Below, piece by piece: positions 30,561 through 46,700 of a DNA stretch of 64,000 nucleotides; positions within the stretch are counted from its first letter, which is position 1; each line of letters begins with the position of its first letter. The notes under the pieces were generated by a model. The model was not told the DNA's origin. It searched no databases and saw nothing but the letters and a program-made list of their open reading frames with translations. Source of the stretch: the human T2T-CHM13v2.0 reference genome, Homo sapiens; assembly GCF_009914755.1 (NCBI RefSeq), contig NC_060940.1, one strand, 5' to 3'. The translations under genes and the position numbers were made by a program.

Positions 30561-33500
30561 CCTTTCAATTCCATTCTATGATGATTCCATTCGAGTCCAT
30601 TCGATGATTCCATTCGATTGCATTCGATGATTCCATTATATTCCATTCAACGGTGATTCCATTCGAGTCCATTCCATGATTCCATTAGAGTACATTTAAT
30701 GATTGCTTTGTTTTCAATTCGAAGATGATTACATTGGTTTCCATTCTATGATACCATTCGATTCCATTCAATGATGATTCCACTCAAATCCATTGGATGA
30801 TTCCATTCGTGTCCATTCGGTGATTTCATTAGATTCCATTCGAGGATGATTCCATTCGATTCCATTCGATGATTCCATTCAATTCCATTCGATGATGATT
30901 CCATTCCAGTCCATATGATCATTCCATTTGATTTCATTCGATGATGATTCCATTCGATTCGATTCGACGATTCCATTCTATTCCATTCGATGATGATTCC
31001 ATTCGAGTCCATTCGATCATTCCATTCGAGTCCATTTAATGATTCCATTGGGTTCAATTCAATGATGATTACATTGGATTCCGTTCTATGATTCCATTCA
31101 ATTCCGTTCATTGACAATTTGATTCCATTCGATGATGATTCCATTTGAGTTCATTCGATGATTCTATTCGATTCTCTTCGATGGTGATTCAATTCTATTA
31201 TATTGAATGATTCCATTCGATTCCATTTGATGTTGATTCAATTCGATTCTATTCGATGATGATTCCATTGGATTTCACTTGATGATTCTATTCGATTCCA
31301 TTCAATGATGATTCACTTCTCGTCCATTGGATGATTCCATTTCATTCCATTCGATGGTGATTCCATTCGATTCCATTCGATGATTCCATTTGATTCCATG
31401 CGACGGTGAGCAATTCGATTCAATTCCATGATGATTCTATTTGATTCAATTAGATGATGTTTCCATTCGAATCCATTCCATGATTATTCCATTGGAATCC
31501 ATTCGGCGATGATTCCATATGAGTCAATTCAATGATGATTCCATATGGGTCCGTTCGATGATAATTCCATTTGATTTCATTCGATGCTTCTATTCTATTC
31601 CAGTCGATGATGATTCCGTTGGAGTCCATACGATGATTCCATTTGATTTCATTTGATGATGATTCCATTCGATGATGATTACATTGGATTCCATTCTATG
31701 ATTCCATTCAATTCCATTCGTTGATGATTTGATTCCATTCAATGATGATTCCATTTGAGTTCATTCGATGATTCTATTCGATTCCGTTCGATGGTGATTC
31801 AATTCTATTATATTGGATGATTCCACTCGATTCCATTTGATGATTATTCCATTGGAGTCCACTTAGTGAATCCTTTAGATTCTACTCGACGATGATTCCA
31901 TTCGAGTCCATTCGATGATACCATTCAATTCCATTCGTTGATGCTTCCATTCAAGTGCATTCGATGATATCATTCGATTCCATTTGATGATAATTCCATT
32001 TGATTCCATGCGATGATTCTATTCGATTCCATTCAATGATAATTCCATTCAATTCAGTGATTCCTCTGGACTCCATTTGATGATGATTCCATTCAATGAT
32101 TCCATTCGATTCTATTCGAAAATGATTCCATTTGAATCCATTTGATGATGATTCCATTAGATTCCATTTGATGATTCCATTCGATTCCATTCGACGATGA
32201 TTCCATTCGATTCCGTTTGATGATTCCATTCTATTCTATTCGATGATGATTCCATTCGATTCCATTCGATGATGATTGGATTCGATTCCATTTGATGATT
32301 TCATTTGATTCCATTCGTTAATGATTTCGATCAATTCCATTCGATGATTCCATTCGATTCCATTCGATAATGATTACATCCGAGTCCATTCGATGATTCC
32401 CTTTGAGCCTGTTCGATAATTCCATTTGAGTCCAGCCAATGATTCCATTCATTTCCATTCAATGATTCCATTCGAGTCCATTTGATCATTCCGGTAGGGT
32501 CCATTCGATGTTGATTCCATTGGAGTGCATTCGATGATTCCATTCGAGTCCATTTTAGGATTTGATTCGAGTCCTTTCGATGATTCCATTCGATTCCACT
32601 CGATGATGATTTCATTCGAGTCCATTCGACACTTCCAATCGATTCCATTTGATGATTCCATTCGAGTCCAATTGATGATTCCATTCAATTCCATTCGATG
32701 ATGATTCCGTACGATTCCATTCTGTGATGATTCCATGTGATTGCATTCAATGATGATTCCTTTCGATTGCATTCGATTATGATTCATTTCGTGTTCATTC
32801 TATGGTTCCACAGGTTTCCATTCGTGTCCATTCCATTATTCCATTCTATTCCATTTGATGATGATTCCATTCGATTCCATTCATTGGTGATTCCACTCAA
32901 TTCCATTCAATGATTCCATTCCATTTCTTTCAACAATGATTCCATTAGTTTCTAATCGATGATCCACTTGATTCCATTTGACGACGATTCCATTCTTGTC
33001 CATTCGATGATTCCATTTGATTCCATATGATGATGATTCCATTCGATTCCATACCATGATGATTCCATTCGAGTCCATTCAATGGTGATTCCATTCAATT
33101 CCATTCGATGATTCCTTTTGATTCCATTCGATGATGATGGCATTCGATTCCTTTCAATCATTCCCTTTGATTCCATTCAAAGGTGATTTCATTCAAGTCC
33201 ATTCGTTAATTGCATTCGATTCCATTCTATGATGATTCCATTCGAGTCCATTTGATGATTCCATTCAATTCAAGTCAATGATGATTCCATTCGATTCCAT
33301 TCGATGATTCCATTGGATTCCATTCGATGATGATTCCCTTTGATTCCGTTCAAAGATGATTCCATTCTAGCCCATTCAATCATTCCATTCGATTCTATTC
33401 AATGATGATTCCATTCATGTCGATTTGGTGATTCCATTTGACTTCATTTGATGATGATTCCTTTCAAGTTCATTAGATGATTCCATTCGATTCCATTTGA

Positions 33501-35247
33501 TGATGATCCCATTCGAGTCCATTCAGTGATTCCATTCGTTTCCATTCCATGATGATTCCATTCCTTTCCATTCAATGATTCCATTCGATTCCGTTTGATG
33601 ATGATTTCATTCGAGTCCATTTGATGATTCCATTTGATTCCATTCGATGATGATTCCATTCGAGTCCATTCGATGATTCTATTCGAATCCATTTGATGAT
33701 TTCTTTTGATTATAGTTGGTGATGATTCCATTGGAGTCCATTCAATGATTCCATTCTATTCCAATCGATGATGATTCCATTAGAGTCCATTTAATGATTC
33801 CATTTGATTCCAGTCTCTGATGATTACATTCGAGTCCATACGATGATTCCACTCAATTCCATATGATGATGATTCCATTTGATTCCATTCGGTGATTCCA
33901 TTCTATTCTATTCAATGGTGATTCCATTCGAGTACATTAGATGATTCCATTCGATTCCATTCAATGATGATTCTATTTGTGTCCCTTAGATGATTCCACA
34001 TGATTCCATTAGATGATGATACTATTTGAGCCCATCCAATGATTCCCTTCGATTCCATTCGATGAGGATTCCATTCGATTCAATTCATTGGTGATTCTAT
34101 TGAATTCAATTCTTTGATTCCATTGCATTCCATTCGACAATGATTCCATTCGATTTCTTTCGATGATTCCACTCGATTCCACTTGACATTGATTCCCTTC
34201 GATTCCATTCAATGATTCCATTTGATTCCAGTGGATGATGATTGCCATCGATTCCATTCGATCACTCCATTCTATTCCATTTGATGATGATTACATTCGA
34301 TTCCATTTGATGATTCCATCTGATTCTATTCGAGGATTCCATTTGATTCCATTCGATGATGATTCCATTCGAGTCCATTCGATGATTTCATTCGAGTACA
34401 TCCAATGATTCCATTCGAGTCCATTAGATGATTCCATTTGATTCCATTTGAAAATGATTCTACTAGAGTCCATTCAATGACTCCATTCGAGTCCATTCAA
34501 CAATTCCATTCGACTCCATTCGATGATTCCATTCGATTCCATTTGATGGTTCCATTCGAGTCCATTTAATCATTACAGTCGAGTCCATTTGGTGATTCCA
34601 CTGGATTTCTTTTGATAATGATACCATTCAATTACATTTGATGATGATCCCATTCAATTTCATTTGATGATGATTCCATTAGAGTCCATTCGATGATTTC
34701 ATTCGAGTCCCTTCATTGATTCCATCCGATTTCATTGGATGATGACTCCATTCGAGTCCATTCGATGATTCCACTCGATTCCATTAGATGACTCCATTGG
34801 AGTCCATTTGATTGTTCCATTCGATTCCATTCGATTCCTTTCGAAGATTATTCCATTTGAGTCCATTCGATGATGATTCCATTCCATTCCATTCGATGAT
34901 TCCGTTTGATTCCATTCGATGATTCCCTTCGATTCCTTTCTTTGATGATTCCATTCCATTCCATTCAATGATTCCATTCGAATCTATTCCATGATGATTC
35001 CTTTCGATTCCATTCGCTGATGTTTCCGTTCAATTCCATTCGATGATGATTCCATTCGATTCCATTCATTGAGGATTCCATTTGATTCCATTCAATGATG
35101 ATTCCATTCTATTCCATTCAATGATTGCATTCAATTCCATTCAATGATTATCCCATTAGAGTAAACTCAACGATTCCATTCAATACCATTCGATGATGAT
35201 TCCTTTTGAGTCCATTCAATGATTTCATTCAAGTCCATTTGATGATT
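30561..35247 (+). repeat. Unit 6: 4,687-bp deletion variant (lacks 1,425 bp, unit positions ~2778-4202)
   Basis: Anchor spacing 30746->35433 = 4687. The junction at 33316-33337 joins unit position 2777 to 4203. Confidence 0.93.
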
Positions 35248-38200
35248 CCTTTCAATTCCATTCTATGATGATTCCATTCGAGTCCATTCGATGATTCCAT
35301 TCGATTGCATTCGACGATTCCATTATATTCCATTCAACGGTGATTCCATTCGAATCCATTCCATGATTCCATTAGAGTACATTTAATGATTGCTTTGTTT
35401 TCAATTCGAAGATGATTACATTGGATTCCATTCTATGATACCATTCGATTCCATTCAATGATGATTCCACTCAAATCCATTGGATGATTCCATTCGTGTC
35501 CATTCGGTGATTTCATTAGATTCCATTCGAGGATGATTCCATTCGATTCCATTCGATGATTCCATTCAATTCCATTCGATGATGATTCCATTCCAGTCCA
35601 TATGATCATTCCATTTGATTTCATTCGATGATGATTCCATTCGATTCCATTCGACGATTCCATTCTATTCCATTCGATGATGATTCCATTCGAGTCCATT
35701 CGATCATTCCATTCGAGTCCATTTAATGATTCCATTGGGTTCAATTCAATGAAGATTACATTGGATTCCGTTCTATGATTCCATTCAATTCCGTTCATTG
35801 ACAATTTGATTCCATTCGATGATGATTCCATTTGAGTTCATTCGATGATTCTATTCGATTCTCTTCGATGGTGATTCAATTCTATTATATTGGATGATTC
35901 CATTCGATTCCATTTGATGTTGATTCAATTCGATTCTATTCGATGATGATTCCATTGGATTTCACTTGATGATTCTATTCGATTCCATTCAATGATGATT
36001 CACTTCTCATCCATTGGATGATTCCATTTCATTCCATTCGATGATGATTCCATTCGATTCCATTCGATGATTCCATTTGATTCCATGCGACGGTGAGCAA
36101 TTCGATTCAATTCCATGATGATTCTATTTGATTCAATTAGATGATGTTTCCATTCGAATCCATTCCATGATTATTCCATTGGAATCCATTCGGCGATGAT
36201 TCCATATGAGTCAATTCAATGACGATTCCATATGGGTCCGTTCGATGATAATTCCATTTGATTTCATTCGATGCTTCTATTCAATTCCAGTTGATGATGA
36301 TTCCGTTGGAGTCCATACGATGATTCCATTTGAGTTCATTTGATGATGATTCCATTCGATGATGATTACATTGGATTCCATTCTATGATTCCATTCAATT
36401 CCATTCGTTGATGATTCGATTCCATTCAATGATGATTCCATTTGAGTTCATTCGATGATTCTATTCGATTCCGTTCGATGGTGATTCAATTCTATTATAT
36501 TGGATGATTCCACTCGATTCCATTTGATGATTATTCCATTGGAGTCCACTTAGTGAATCCTTTAGATTCTACTCGACGATGATTCCATTCGAGTCCATTC
36601 GATGATACCATTCAATTCCATTCGTTGATGCTTCCATTCAAGTGCATTCGATGATATCATTCGATTCCATTTGATGATAATTCCATTTGATTCCATGCGA
36701 TGATTCTATTCGATTCCATTCAATGATAATTCCATTCAATTCAGTGATTCCTCTGGACTCCATTTGATGATGATTCCATTCAATGATTCCATTCGATTCT
36801 ATTCGAAAATGATTCCATTTGAATCCATTTGATGATGATTCCATTAGATTCCATTTGATGATTCCATTCGATTCCATTCGACGATGATTCCATTCGATTC
36901 CGTTTGATGATTCCATTCTATTCTATTCGATGATGATTCCATTCGATTCCATTCGATGATGATTGGATTCGATTCCATTTGATGATTTCATTTGATTCCA
37001 TTCGTTAATGATTTCGATCAATTCCATTCGATGATTCCATTCGATTCCATTCGATAATGATTACATCCGTGTCCATTCAATGATTCCATTTGAGCCTGTT
37101 CGATAATTCCATTTGAGTCCAACCAATGATTCCATTCATTTCCATTCAATGATTCCATTCGAGTCCATTTGATCATTCCGGTAGGGTCCATTCGATGTTG
37201 ATTCCATTGGAGTGCATTCGATGATTCCATTCGAGTCCATTTTATGATTTGATTCGAGTCCTTTCGATGATTCCATTCGATTCCACTCGATGATGATTTC
37301 ATTCGAGTCCATTCGACACTTCCAATCGATTCCATTTGATGTTTCCATTCGAGTCCAATTGATGATTCCATTCAATTCCATTCGATGATGATTCCCTACG
37401 ATTCCATTCTGTGATGATTCCATGTGATTGCATTCAATGATGATTCCTTTAGATTGCATTCGATTGTGATTCATTTCGTCTTCATTCTATGGTTCCACAG
37501 GTTTCCATTCGTGTCCATTCCATTATTCCATTCTATTCCATTTGATGATGATTCCATTCGATTCTATTCATTGGTGATTCCACTCAATTCCATTCAATGA
37601 TTCCATTCCATTTCTTTCAACAATGATTCCATTAGTTTCTAATCGATGATCCACTTGATTCCATTTGACGACGATTCCATTCTTGTCCATTCGATGATTC
37701 CATTTGATTCCATATGATGATGATTCCATTCGATTCCATACCATGATGATTCCATTCGAGTCCATTCAATGGTGATTCCATTCAATTCCATTCGATGATT
37801 CCTTTCGATTCCATTCGATGATGATGGCATTCGATTCCTTTCAATCATTCCCTTTGATTCCATTCAAAGGTGATTTCATTCAAGTCCATTCGATAATTGC
37901 ATTCGATTCCATTCTATGATGATTCCATTCGAGTCCATTTGATGATTCCATTCAATTCAAGTCAATGATGATTCCATTCGATTCCATTCGATGATTCCAT
38001 TGGATTCCATTCGATGATGATTCCATTCAAATCCATTCGATAATTCAATTCAAGTCCATTCGATGATGATTAAAATCGAATCCATTCAAAGATTCCATTC
38101 AGTTCCATTCGATGATTCCCTTAGATTCCATTCGATGATTCCACTTGATTTCATTTACGATGATTCTATTCGATTCCATGTGATGATTCCATTCAATTCT

Positions 38201-40788
38201 ATTCAATGCTGTTTCCATTTGATTCCATTCGACCATGATTGCCTTTGATTCCATTCAATGACTTCATTCGGTTCCTTTTGATGATGATTCCGTTCGATTC
38301 CATTTCATTATTCCATTTGATTCCATTGGATGAGTCCATTCGATTACATTCGATGATTATTCCATTCGAGTGCATTAGATGATTCCATTCGAGTCCATTC
38401 GATGATTCCATTCGATTCCATTCGATGTTGATTCTGTTCAAATCCATTCGATGATTCCACTCGATTCCATTCGATGGCTCCATTTGATCCCATTCGATGA
38501 TTTCTTTGATTCCCTTTGATGATCATTCCATTTGATTCAATTCGGTGATTTCATTTGATTCCATTCAGTGATGTTTCCATTCGACTCCATTCGATGATGA
38601 TTCCATTCGACTCCATTCGATTATGATTTCATTCAATTCCATTCGATAATGATTCCCTTCGAGTCCATTCGATGATTCCATTCGATTCCATTCAACGATG
38701 ATTTGATTCGTGTCCATTCGATGGTTCCATTTGATTCCAATTGATGATGATTCCATTCGAGTCCATTTGATGATTCCATTCAATTCCATTCTCCGATGAT
38801 TTCTTTTGAGCCCATTCAATGCTTCCACTCGATTCCATATGATGATGACTCCATTCGATGAAATTCGATGATGATTCCCTTTGATTCCATTCAAAGATGA
38901 TTCCATTCTAGCCCATTCAATCATTCCATTCGATTCTATTCAATGATGATTCCATTCATGTCGATTTGGTGATTCCATTTGACTTCATTTGATGATGATT
39001 CCTTTCAAGTTCATTAGATGATTCCATTCGATTCCATTTGATGATGATCCCATTCGAGTCCATTCAGTGATTCCACTCGTTTCCATTCCATGATGATTCC
39101 ATTCCATTCCATTCAATGATTCCATTCGATTCCGTTTGATGATGATTTCATTCGAGTCCATTTGATGATTCCATTTGATTCCATTCGATGATGATTCCAT
39201 TCGAGTCCATTCGATGATTCTATTCGAATCCATTTGATGATTTTTTTTGATTATAGTTGGTGATGATTCCATTGGAGTCCATTCAATGATTCCATTCGAT
39301 TCCAATCGATGGTGATTCCATTAGAGTCCATTTAATGATTCCATTTGATTCCAGTCTCTGATGATTACATTCGAGTCCATACGATGATTCCACTCAATTC
39401 CATATGATGATGATTCCATTCGATTCCATTCGATGATTCCATTCTATTCTATTCAATGGTGATTCCATTCGAGTACATTAGATGATTCCATTCGATTCCA
39501 TTCAATGATGATTCTATTTGTGTCCCTTAGATGATTCCACATGATTCCATTAGATGATGATACTATTTGAGCCCATCCAATGATTCCCTTCGATTCCATT
39601 CGATGAGTATTCCATTCGATTCAATTCATTGGTGATTGTATTCAATTCAATTCTTTGATTCCATTCCATTCCATTCGACAATGATTCCATTCGATTTCTT
39701 TCGATGATTCCACTCGATTCCACTTGACATTGATTCCCTTCGATTCCATTCAATGATTCCATTTGATTCCAGTGGATGATGATTGCCATCGATTCCATTC
39801 GATCACTCCATTCTATTCTATTTGATGATGATTACATTCGATTCCATTTGACGATTCCATCTGATTCTATTCGAGGATTCCATTTGATTCCATTCGATGA
39901 TGATTCCATTCGAGTCCATTCGATGATTTCATTCGAGTACATCCAATGATTCCATTCGAGTCCATTTGATGATTCCATTTGATTCCATTTCATAATGATT
40001 CTACTAGAGTCCATTCAATGACTCCATTGGAGTCCATTCAACAATTCCATTCGACTCCATTTGATGATTCCATTCGATTCCATTTGATGATTCCATTCGA
40101 GTCCATTTAATCATTACAGTCGAGTCCATTTGGTGATTCCACTGGGTTTCTTTAGATAATGATACCATTCAATTACATTTGATGATGATCCCATTCAATT
40201 TCATTTGATGATGATTCCATTAGAGTCCATTCGATGATTTCATTCGAGTCCCTTCATTGATTCCATCCGATTTCATTGGATGATGACTCCATTCGAGTCC
40301 ATTCGATGATTCCACTCGATTCCATTAGATGATTCCATTGGAGTCCATTTGATTGTTCCATTCGATTCCATTCGATTCCTTTCGAAGATTATTCCATTTG
40401 AGTCCATTCGACGATGATTCCATTCCATTCCATTCGATGATTCCGTTTGATTCCATTCGATGATTCCCTTCGATTCCTTTCTTTGATGATTCCATTCCAT
40501 TCCATTCAATGATTCCATTCGAATCTATTCCATGATGATTCCTTTCGATTCCATTCGCTGATGTTTCCATTCAATTCCATTCGATGATGATTCCATTCAA
40601 TTCCATTCATTGAGGATTCCATTTGATTCCATTCAATGATGATTCCGTTCTATTCCATTCAATGATTGCATTCAATTCCATTCAATGATTATCCCCTTAG
40701 AGTAAACTCAACGATTCCATTCAATACCATTCGATGATGATTCCTTTTGAGTCCATTCAATGATTTCATTCAAGTCCATTTGATGATT
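35248..40788 (+). repeat. Unit 7: 5,541-bp deletion variant (570-bp deletion at unit ~3633-4202 plus a 1-bp deletion near 38505)
   Basis: Anchor spacing 35433->40974 = 5541. The junction at 38863-38878 reads gaaattcgatgatgattcc|ctttgattcc. Confidence 0.92.
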
Positions 40789-43700
40789 CCTTTCAATTCC
40801 ATTCTATGATGATTCCATTCGAGTCCATTCGATGATTCCATTAGATTGCATTCGATTATTCCATTTTATTCCAGTCAACGATGATTCCATTCGAGTCCAT
40901 TCGATGATTCCATTAGAGTACATTTAATGATTGCTTTGTTTTCAATTCGAAGATGATTACATTGGATTCCATTCTATGATACCATTCGATTCCATTCAAT
41001 GATGATTCCACTCAAATCCATTGGATGATTCCATTCGTGTCCATTCGGTGATTTCATTAGATTCCATTCGAGGATGATTCCATTCGATTCCATTCGATGA
41101 TTCCATTCAATTCCATTCGATGATGATTCCATTCCAGTCCATATGATCATTCCATTTGATTTCATTCGATGATGATTCCATTCGATTCCATTCGATGATT
41201 CCATTCTATTCCATTCGATGATGATTCCATTCGAGTCCATTCGATGATTCCATTCGAGTCCATTTAATGATTCCATTGGGTTCAATTCAATGATGATTAC
41301 ATTGGATTCCGTTCTATGATTCCATTCAATTCCGTTCATTGACAATTTGATTCCATTCGATGATGATTCCATTTGAGTTCATTCGATGATTCTATTCGAT
41401 TCTCTTCGATGGTGATTCAATTCTATTATATTGGATGATTCCATTCGATTCCATTTGATGTTGATTCAATTCGATTCTATTCGATGATGATTCCATTGGA
41501 TTTCACTTGATGATTCTATTCGATTCCATTCAATGATGATTCACTTCTCGTCCATTGGATGATTCCATTTCATTCCATTCGATGATGATTCCATTCGATT
41601 CCATTCGATGATTCCATTTGATTCCATGCGACGGTGAGCAATTCGATTCAATTCCATGATGATTCTATTTGAATCAATTAGATGATGTTTCCATTCGAAT
41701 CCATTCCATGATTATTCCATTGGAATCCATTCGGCGATGATTCCATATGAGTCAATTCAATGATGATTCCATATGGGTCCGTTCGATGATAATTCCATTT
41801 GATTTCATTCGATGCTTCTATTCTATTCCAGTCGATGATGATTCCGTTGGAGTCCATACGATGATTCCATTTGATTTCATTTGATGATGATTCCATTCGA
41901 TGATGATTACATTGGATTCCATTCTATGATTCCATTCAATTCCATTCGTTGATGATTCGATTCCATTCAATGATGATTCCATTTGAGTTCATTCGATGAT
42001 TCTATTCGATTCCGTTCGATGGTGATTCAATTCTCTTATATTGGATGATTCCACTCGATTCCATTTGATGATTATTCCATTGGAGTCCACTTAGTGAATC
42101 CTTTAGATTCAACTCGAAGATGACTCCATTCGAGTCCATTCGATGATACCATTCAATTCCATTCGTTGATGCTTCCATTCAAGTGCATTCGATGATATCA
42201 TTCGATTCCATTTGATGATAATTCCATTTGATTCCATGCGATGATTCTATTCGATTCCATTCAATGATAATTCCATTCAATTCAGTGATTCCTCTGGACT
42301 CCATTTGATGATGATTCCATTCAATGATTCCATTCGATTCTATTCCAAAATGATTCCATTTGAATCCATTTGATGATGATTACATTAGATTCCATTTGAT
42401 GATTCCATTCGATTCCATTTGACGATGATTCCATTCGATTCCATTTGATGATTCCATTCTATTCTATTCGATGATGATTCCATTCGATTCCATTTGATGA
42501 TGATTGGATTCGATTCCATTTGATGATTTCATTTGATTCCATTCGTTAATGATTTCGATCAACTCCATTCGATGATTCCATTTGATTCCATTCTATAATG
42601 ATTACTTCCGAGTCCATTCGATGATTCCATTTGAGCCCGTTCGATAATTCCATTTGAGTCCAATCAATGATTCCATTCATTTCCATTCAATGATTCCATT
42701 CGAGTCCATTTGATCATTCTGGTAGGGTCCGTTCGATGTTGATTCCATTGGAGTGCATTCGATGATTGCATTCGAGTCCATTTTATGATTTGATTCGAGT
42801 CCTTTCGATGATTCCATTCGATTGCACTCGATGATGATTTCATTCGAGTCCATTCGACACTTCCAATCGATTCCATTTGATGTTTCCATTCGAGTCCAAT
42901 TGATGATTCCATTCAATTCCATTCGATGATGATTCCGTACGATTCCATTCTGTGATGATTCCATGTGATTGCATTCAATGATGATTCCTTTAGATTGCAT
43001 TCGATTGTGATTCATTTCGTCTTCATTCTATGGTTCCACCGGTTTCCATTCGTGTCCATTCCATTATTCCATTCTATTCCATTTGATGATGATTCCATTC
43101 GATTCCATTCATTGGTGATTCCACTCAATTCCATTCAATGATTCCATTCCATTTCTTTCAACAATGATTCCATTAGTTTCTAATCGATGATCCACTTGAT
43201 TCCATTTGACGACGATTCCATTCTTGTCCATTCGATGATTCCATTTGATTCCATATGATGATGATTCCATTCGATTCCATACCATGATGATTCCATTCGA
43301 GTCCATTCAATGGTGATTCCATTCAATTCCATTCGATGGTTCCTTTCGATTCCATTCGATGATGATGGCATTCGATTCCTTTCAATCATTCCCTTTGATT
43401 CCATTCAAAGGTGATTTCATTCAAGTCCATTCGATAATTGCATTCGATTCCATTCTATGATGATTCCATTCGAGTCCATTTGATGATTCCATTCAATTCA
43501 AGTCAATGATGATTCCATTCGATTCCATTCGATGATTCCATTGGATTCCATTCGATGATGATTCCATTCAAATCCATTCGATAATTCAATTCAAGTCCAT
43601 TCGATGATGATTAAAATCGAATCCATTCAAAGATTCCATTCAGTTCCATTCGATGATTCCCTTAGATTCCATTCTATGATTCCACTTGATTTCATTTACG

Positions 43701-46700
43701 ATGATTCCATTCGATTCCATGTGATGATTCCATTCAATTCTATTCAATTCTGTTTCCATTTGATTCCATTCGACCATGATTGCCTTTGATTCCATTCAAT
43801 GACTCCATTCGGTTCCCTTTGATGATGATTCCGTTCGATTCCATTTGATGATTCCATTTGATTCCATTGGATGAGTCCATTCGATTACATTCGATGATTA
43901 TTCCATTCGAGTGCATTAGATGATTCCATTCGAGTCCATTCGATGATTCCATTCGATTCCATTCGATGTTGATTCTGTTCAAATCCATTCGATGATTCCA
44001 CTCGATTCCATTCGATGACTCCAGTTGATCCCATTCGATGATTTCCTTTGATTCCCTTTGATGATCATTCCATTTGATTCAATTCGGTGATTTCATTTGA
44101 TTCCATTCAGTGATGTTTCCATTCGACTCCATTCGATGATGATTCCATTCGACTCCATTCGATTATGATTTCATTCAATTCCATTCGATAATGATTCCCT
44201 TCGAGTCCATTCGATGATTCCATTCAATTCCATTCAACGATGATTTGATTCGTGTCCATTCGATGATTCCATTTGATTCCACTTGATGATGATTCCATTC
44301 GAGTCCATTTGATGATTCCATTCAATTCCATTCTCCGATGATTTCTTTTGAGCCCATTCAATGCTTCCACTCGATTCCATATGATGATGACTCCATTCGA
44401 TGAAATTCGATGATGATTCCATTCGCTTGCATTCGATGATGATTCCACTTGAGTCCATTAGAAGATTCTATTCAATTACATTCCATGACGATTCCGTTCG
44501 AGTCCATTTGATGATTCCATTAGACTCCATTCGACGATGATTCCATTCGATGTTATTCGATGATTCCATTCGATCTCATTCAATGATGATTCCATTCAAC
44601 TCCATTCGATGTTTCCATTCGAGTTCATTCTATTATTCCATTAGATTCCATTCGATGATGATTCCATTCGATTCCATTTGATGATTGCATTCTATTTCAT
44701 TTGATGATGATTCCATTCGAGTCCACTCGATGATTCCATTCGAGTCCATTTAATGAATCCATTGGTTTCAATTCTATGATGATTACATTGGATTCCATTC
44801 GTTGATGATTTCATTCGGTTCCATTCAATGATGATTCCATTCAATTCCTTTCAATGTTTCCATTCAATTCCATACGATGATGATTCCATTTGATTTGATT
44901 CGACAGTGAGCCATTCGATTCAATTCCATGATGATTCTATTTGATTCAATTGGTTGACATTTCCATTCGATTCCATTCGATGATGATTCCCTTTGATTCC
45001 ATTCAAAGATGATTCCATTCTAGCCCATTCAATCATTCCATTCGATTCTATTCAATGATGATTCCATTCATGTCGATTTGGTGATTCCATTTGACTTCAT
45101 TTGATGATGATTCCTTTCAAGTTCATTAGATGATTCCATTCGATTCCATTTGATGATGATCCCATTCGAGTCCATTCAGTGATTCCACTCGTTTCCATTC
45201 CATGATGATTCCATTCCATTCCATTCAATGATTCCATTCGATTCCGTTTGATGATGATTTCATTCGAGTCCATTTGATGATTCCATTTGATTCCATTCGA
45301 TGATGATTCCATTCGAGTCCATTCGATGATTCTATTCGAATCCATTTGGTGATTTCTTTTGATTATAGTTGGTGATGATTCCATTGGAGTCCATTCAATG
45401 ATTCCATTCGATTCCAATCGATGGTGATTCCATTAGAGTCCATTTAATGATTCCATTTGATTCCAGTCTCTGATGATTACATTCGAGTCCATACAATGAT
45501 TCCACTCAATTCCATATGATGATGATTCCATTCGATTCCATTCGATGATTCCATTCTATTCTATTCAATGGTGATTCCATTCGAGTACATTAGATGATTC
45601 CATTCGATTCCATTCAATGATGATTCTATTTGTGTCCCTTACATGGTTCCACATGATTCCATTAGATGATGATACTATTTGAGCCCATCCAATGATTCCC
45701 TTCGATTCCATTCGATGAGGATTCCATTCGATTCAATTCATTGGTGATTCTATTCAATTCAATTCTTTGATTCCATTCCATTCCATTCCACAATGATTCC
45801 ATTCGATTTCTTTCGATGATTCCACTCGATTCCACTTGACATTGATTCCCTTCGATTCCATTCAATGATTCCGTTTGATTCCAGTGGATGATGATTGCCA
45901 TCGATTCCATTCGATCACTCCATTCTATTCCATTTGATGATGATTACATTCGATTCCATTTGACGATTCCATCTGATTCTATTCGAGGATTCCATTTGAT
46001 TCCATTCGATGATGATTCCATTCGAGTCCATTCGATGATTTCATTCGAGTACATCCAATGATTCCATTCGAGTCCATTTGATGATTCCATTTGATTCCAT
46101 TTGATAATGATTCTACTAGAGTCCATTCAATGACTCCATTCGAGTCCATTCAACAATTCCATTCGACTCCATTTGATGATTCCATTCGATTCCATTTGAT
46201 GATTCCATTCGAGTCCATTTAATCATTACAGTCGAGTCCATTTGGTGATTCCACCGGACTTCGTTTGATAATGATACCATTCAATTACATTTGAAGACGA
46301 TCCCATTCAATTTCATTTGATGATGATTCCATTAGAGTCCTTTCGATGATTTCATTCGAGTCCCTTCATTGATTCCATCCGATTTCATTGGATGATGACT
46401 CCATTCGAGTCCATTCGATGATTCCACTCGATTGCATTAGATGATTCCATTGGAGTCCATTTGATTGTTCCATTCGATTCCATTCGATTCCTTTCGAAGA
46501 TTATTCCATTTGAGTCCATTCGATGATGATTCCATTCCATTCCATTCGATGATTCCGTTTGATTCCATTCGATGATTCCCTTCGATTCCTTTCTTTGATG
46601 ATTCCATTCCATTCCATTCAATGATTCCATTCGAATCTATTCCATGATGATTCCTTTCGATTGCATTCGCTGATGTTTCCGTTCAATTCCATTCGATGAT

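Noticed and set aside
39241-39248. T8 run as a terminator or poly-A remnant
   Set aside because: It is a single C->T substitution in tttctttt of the canonical unit.
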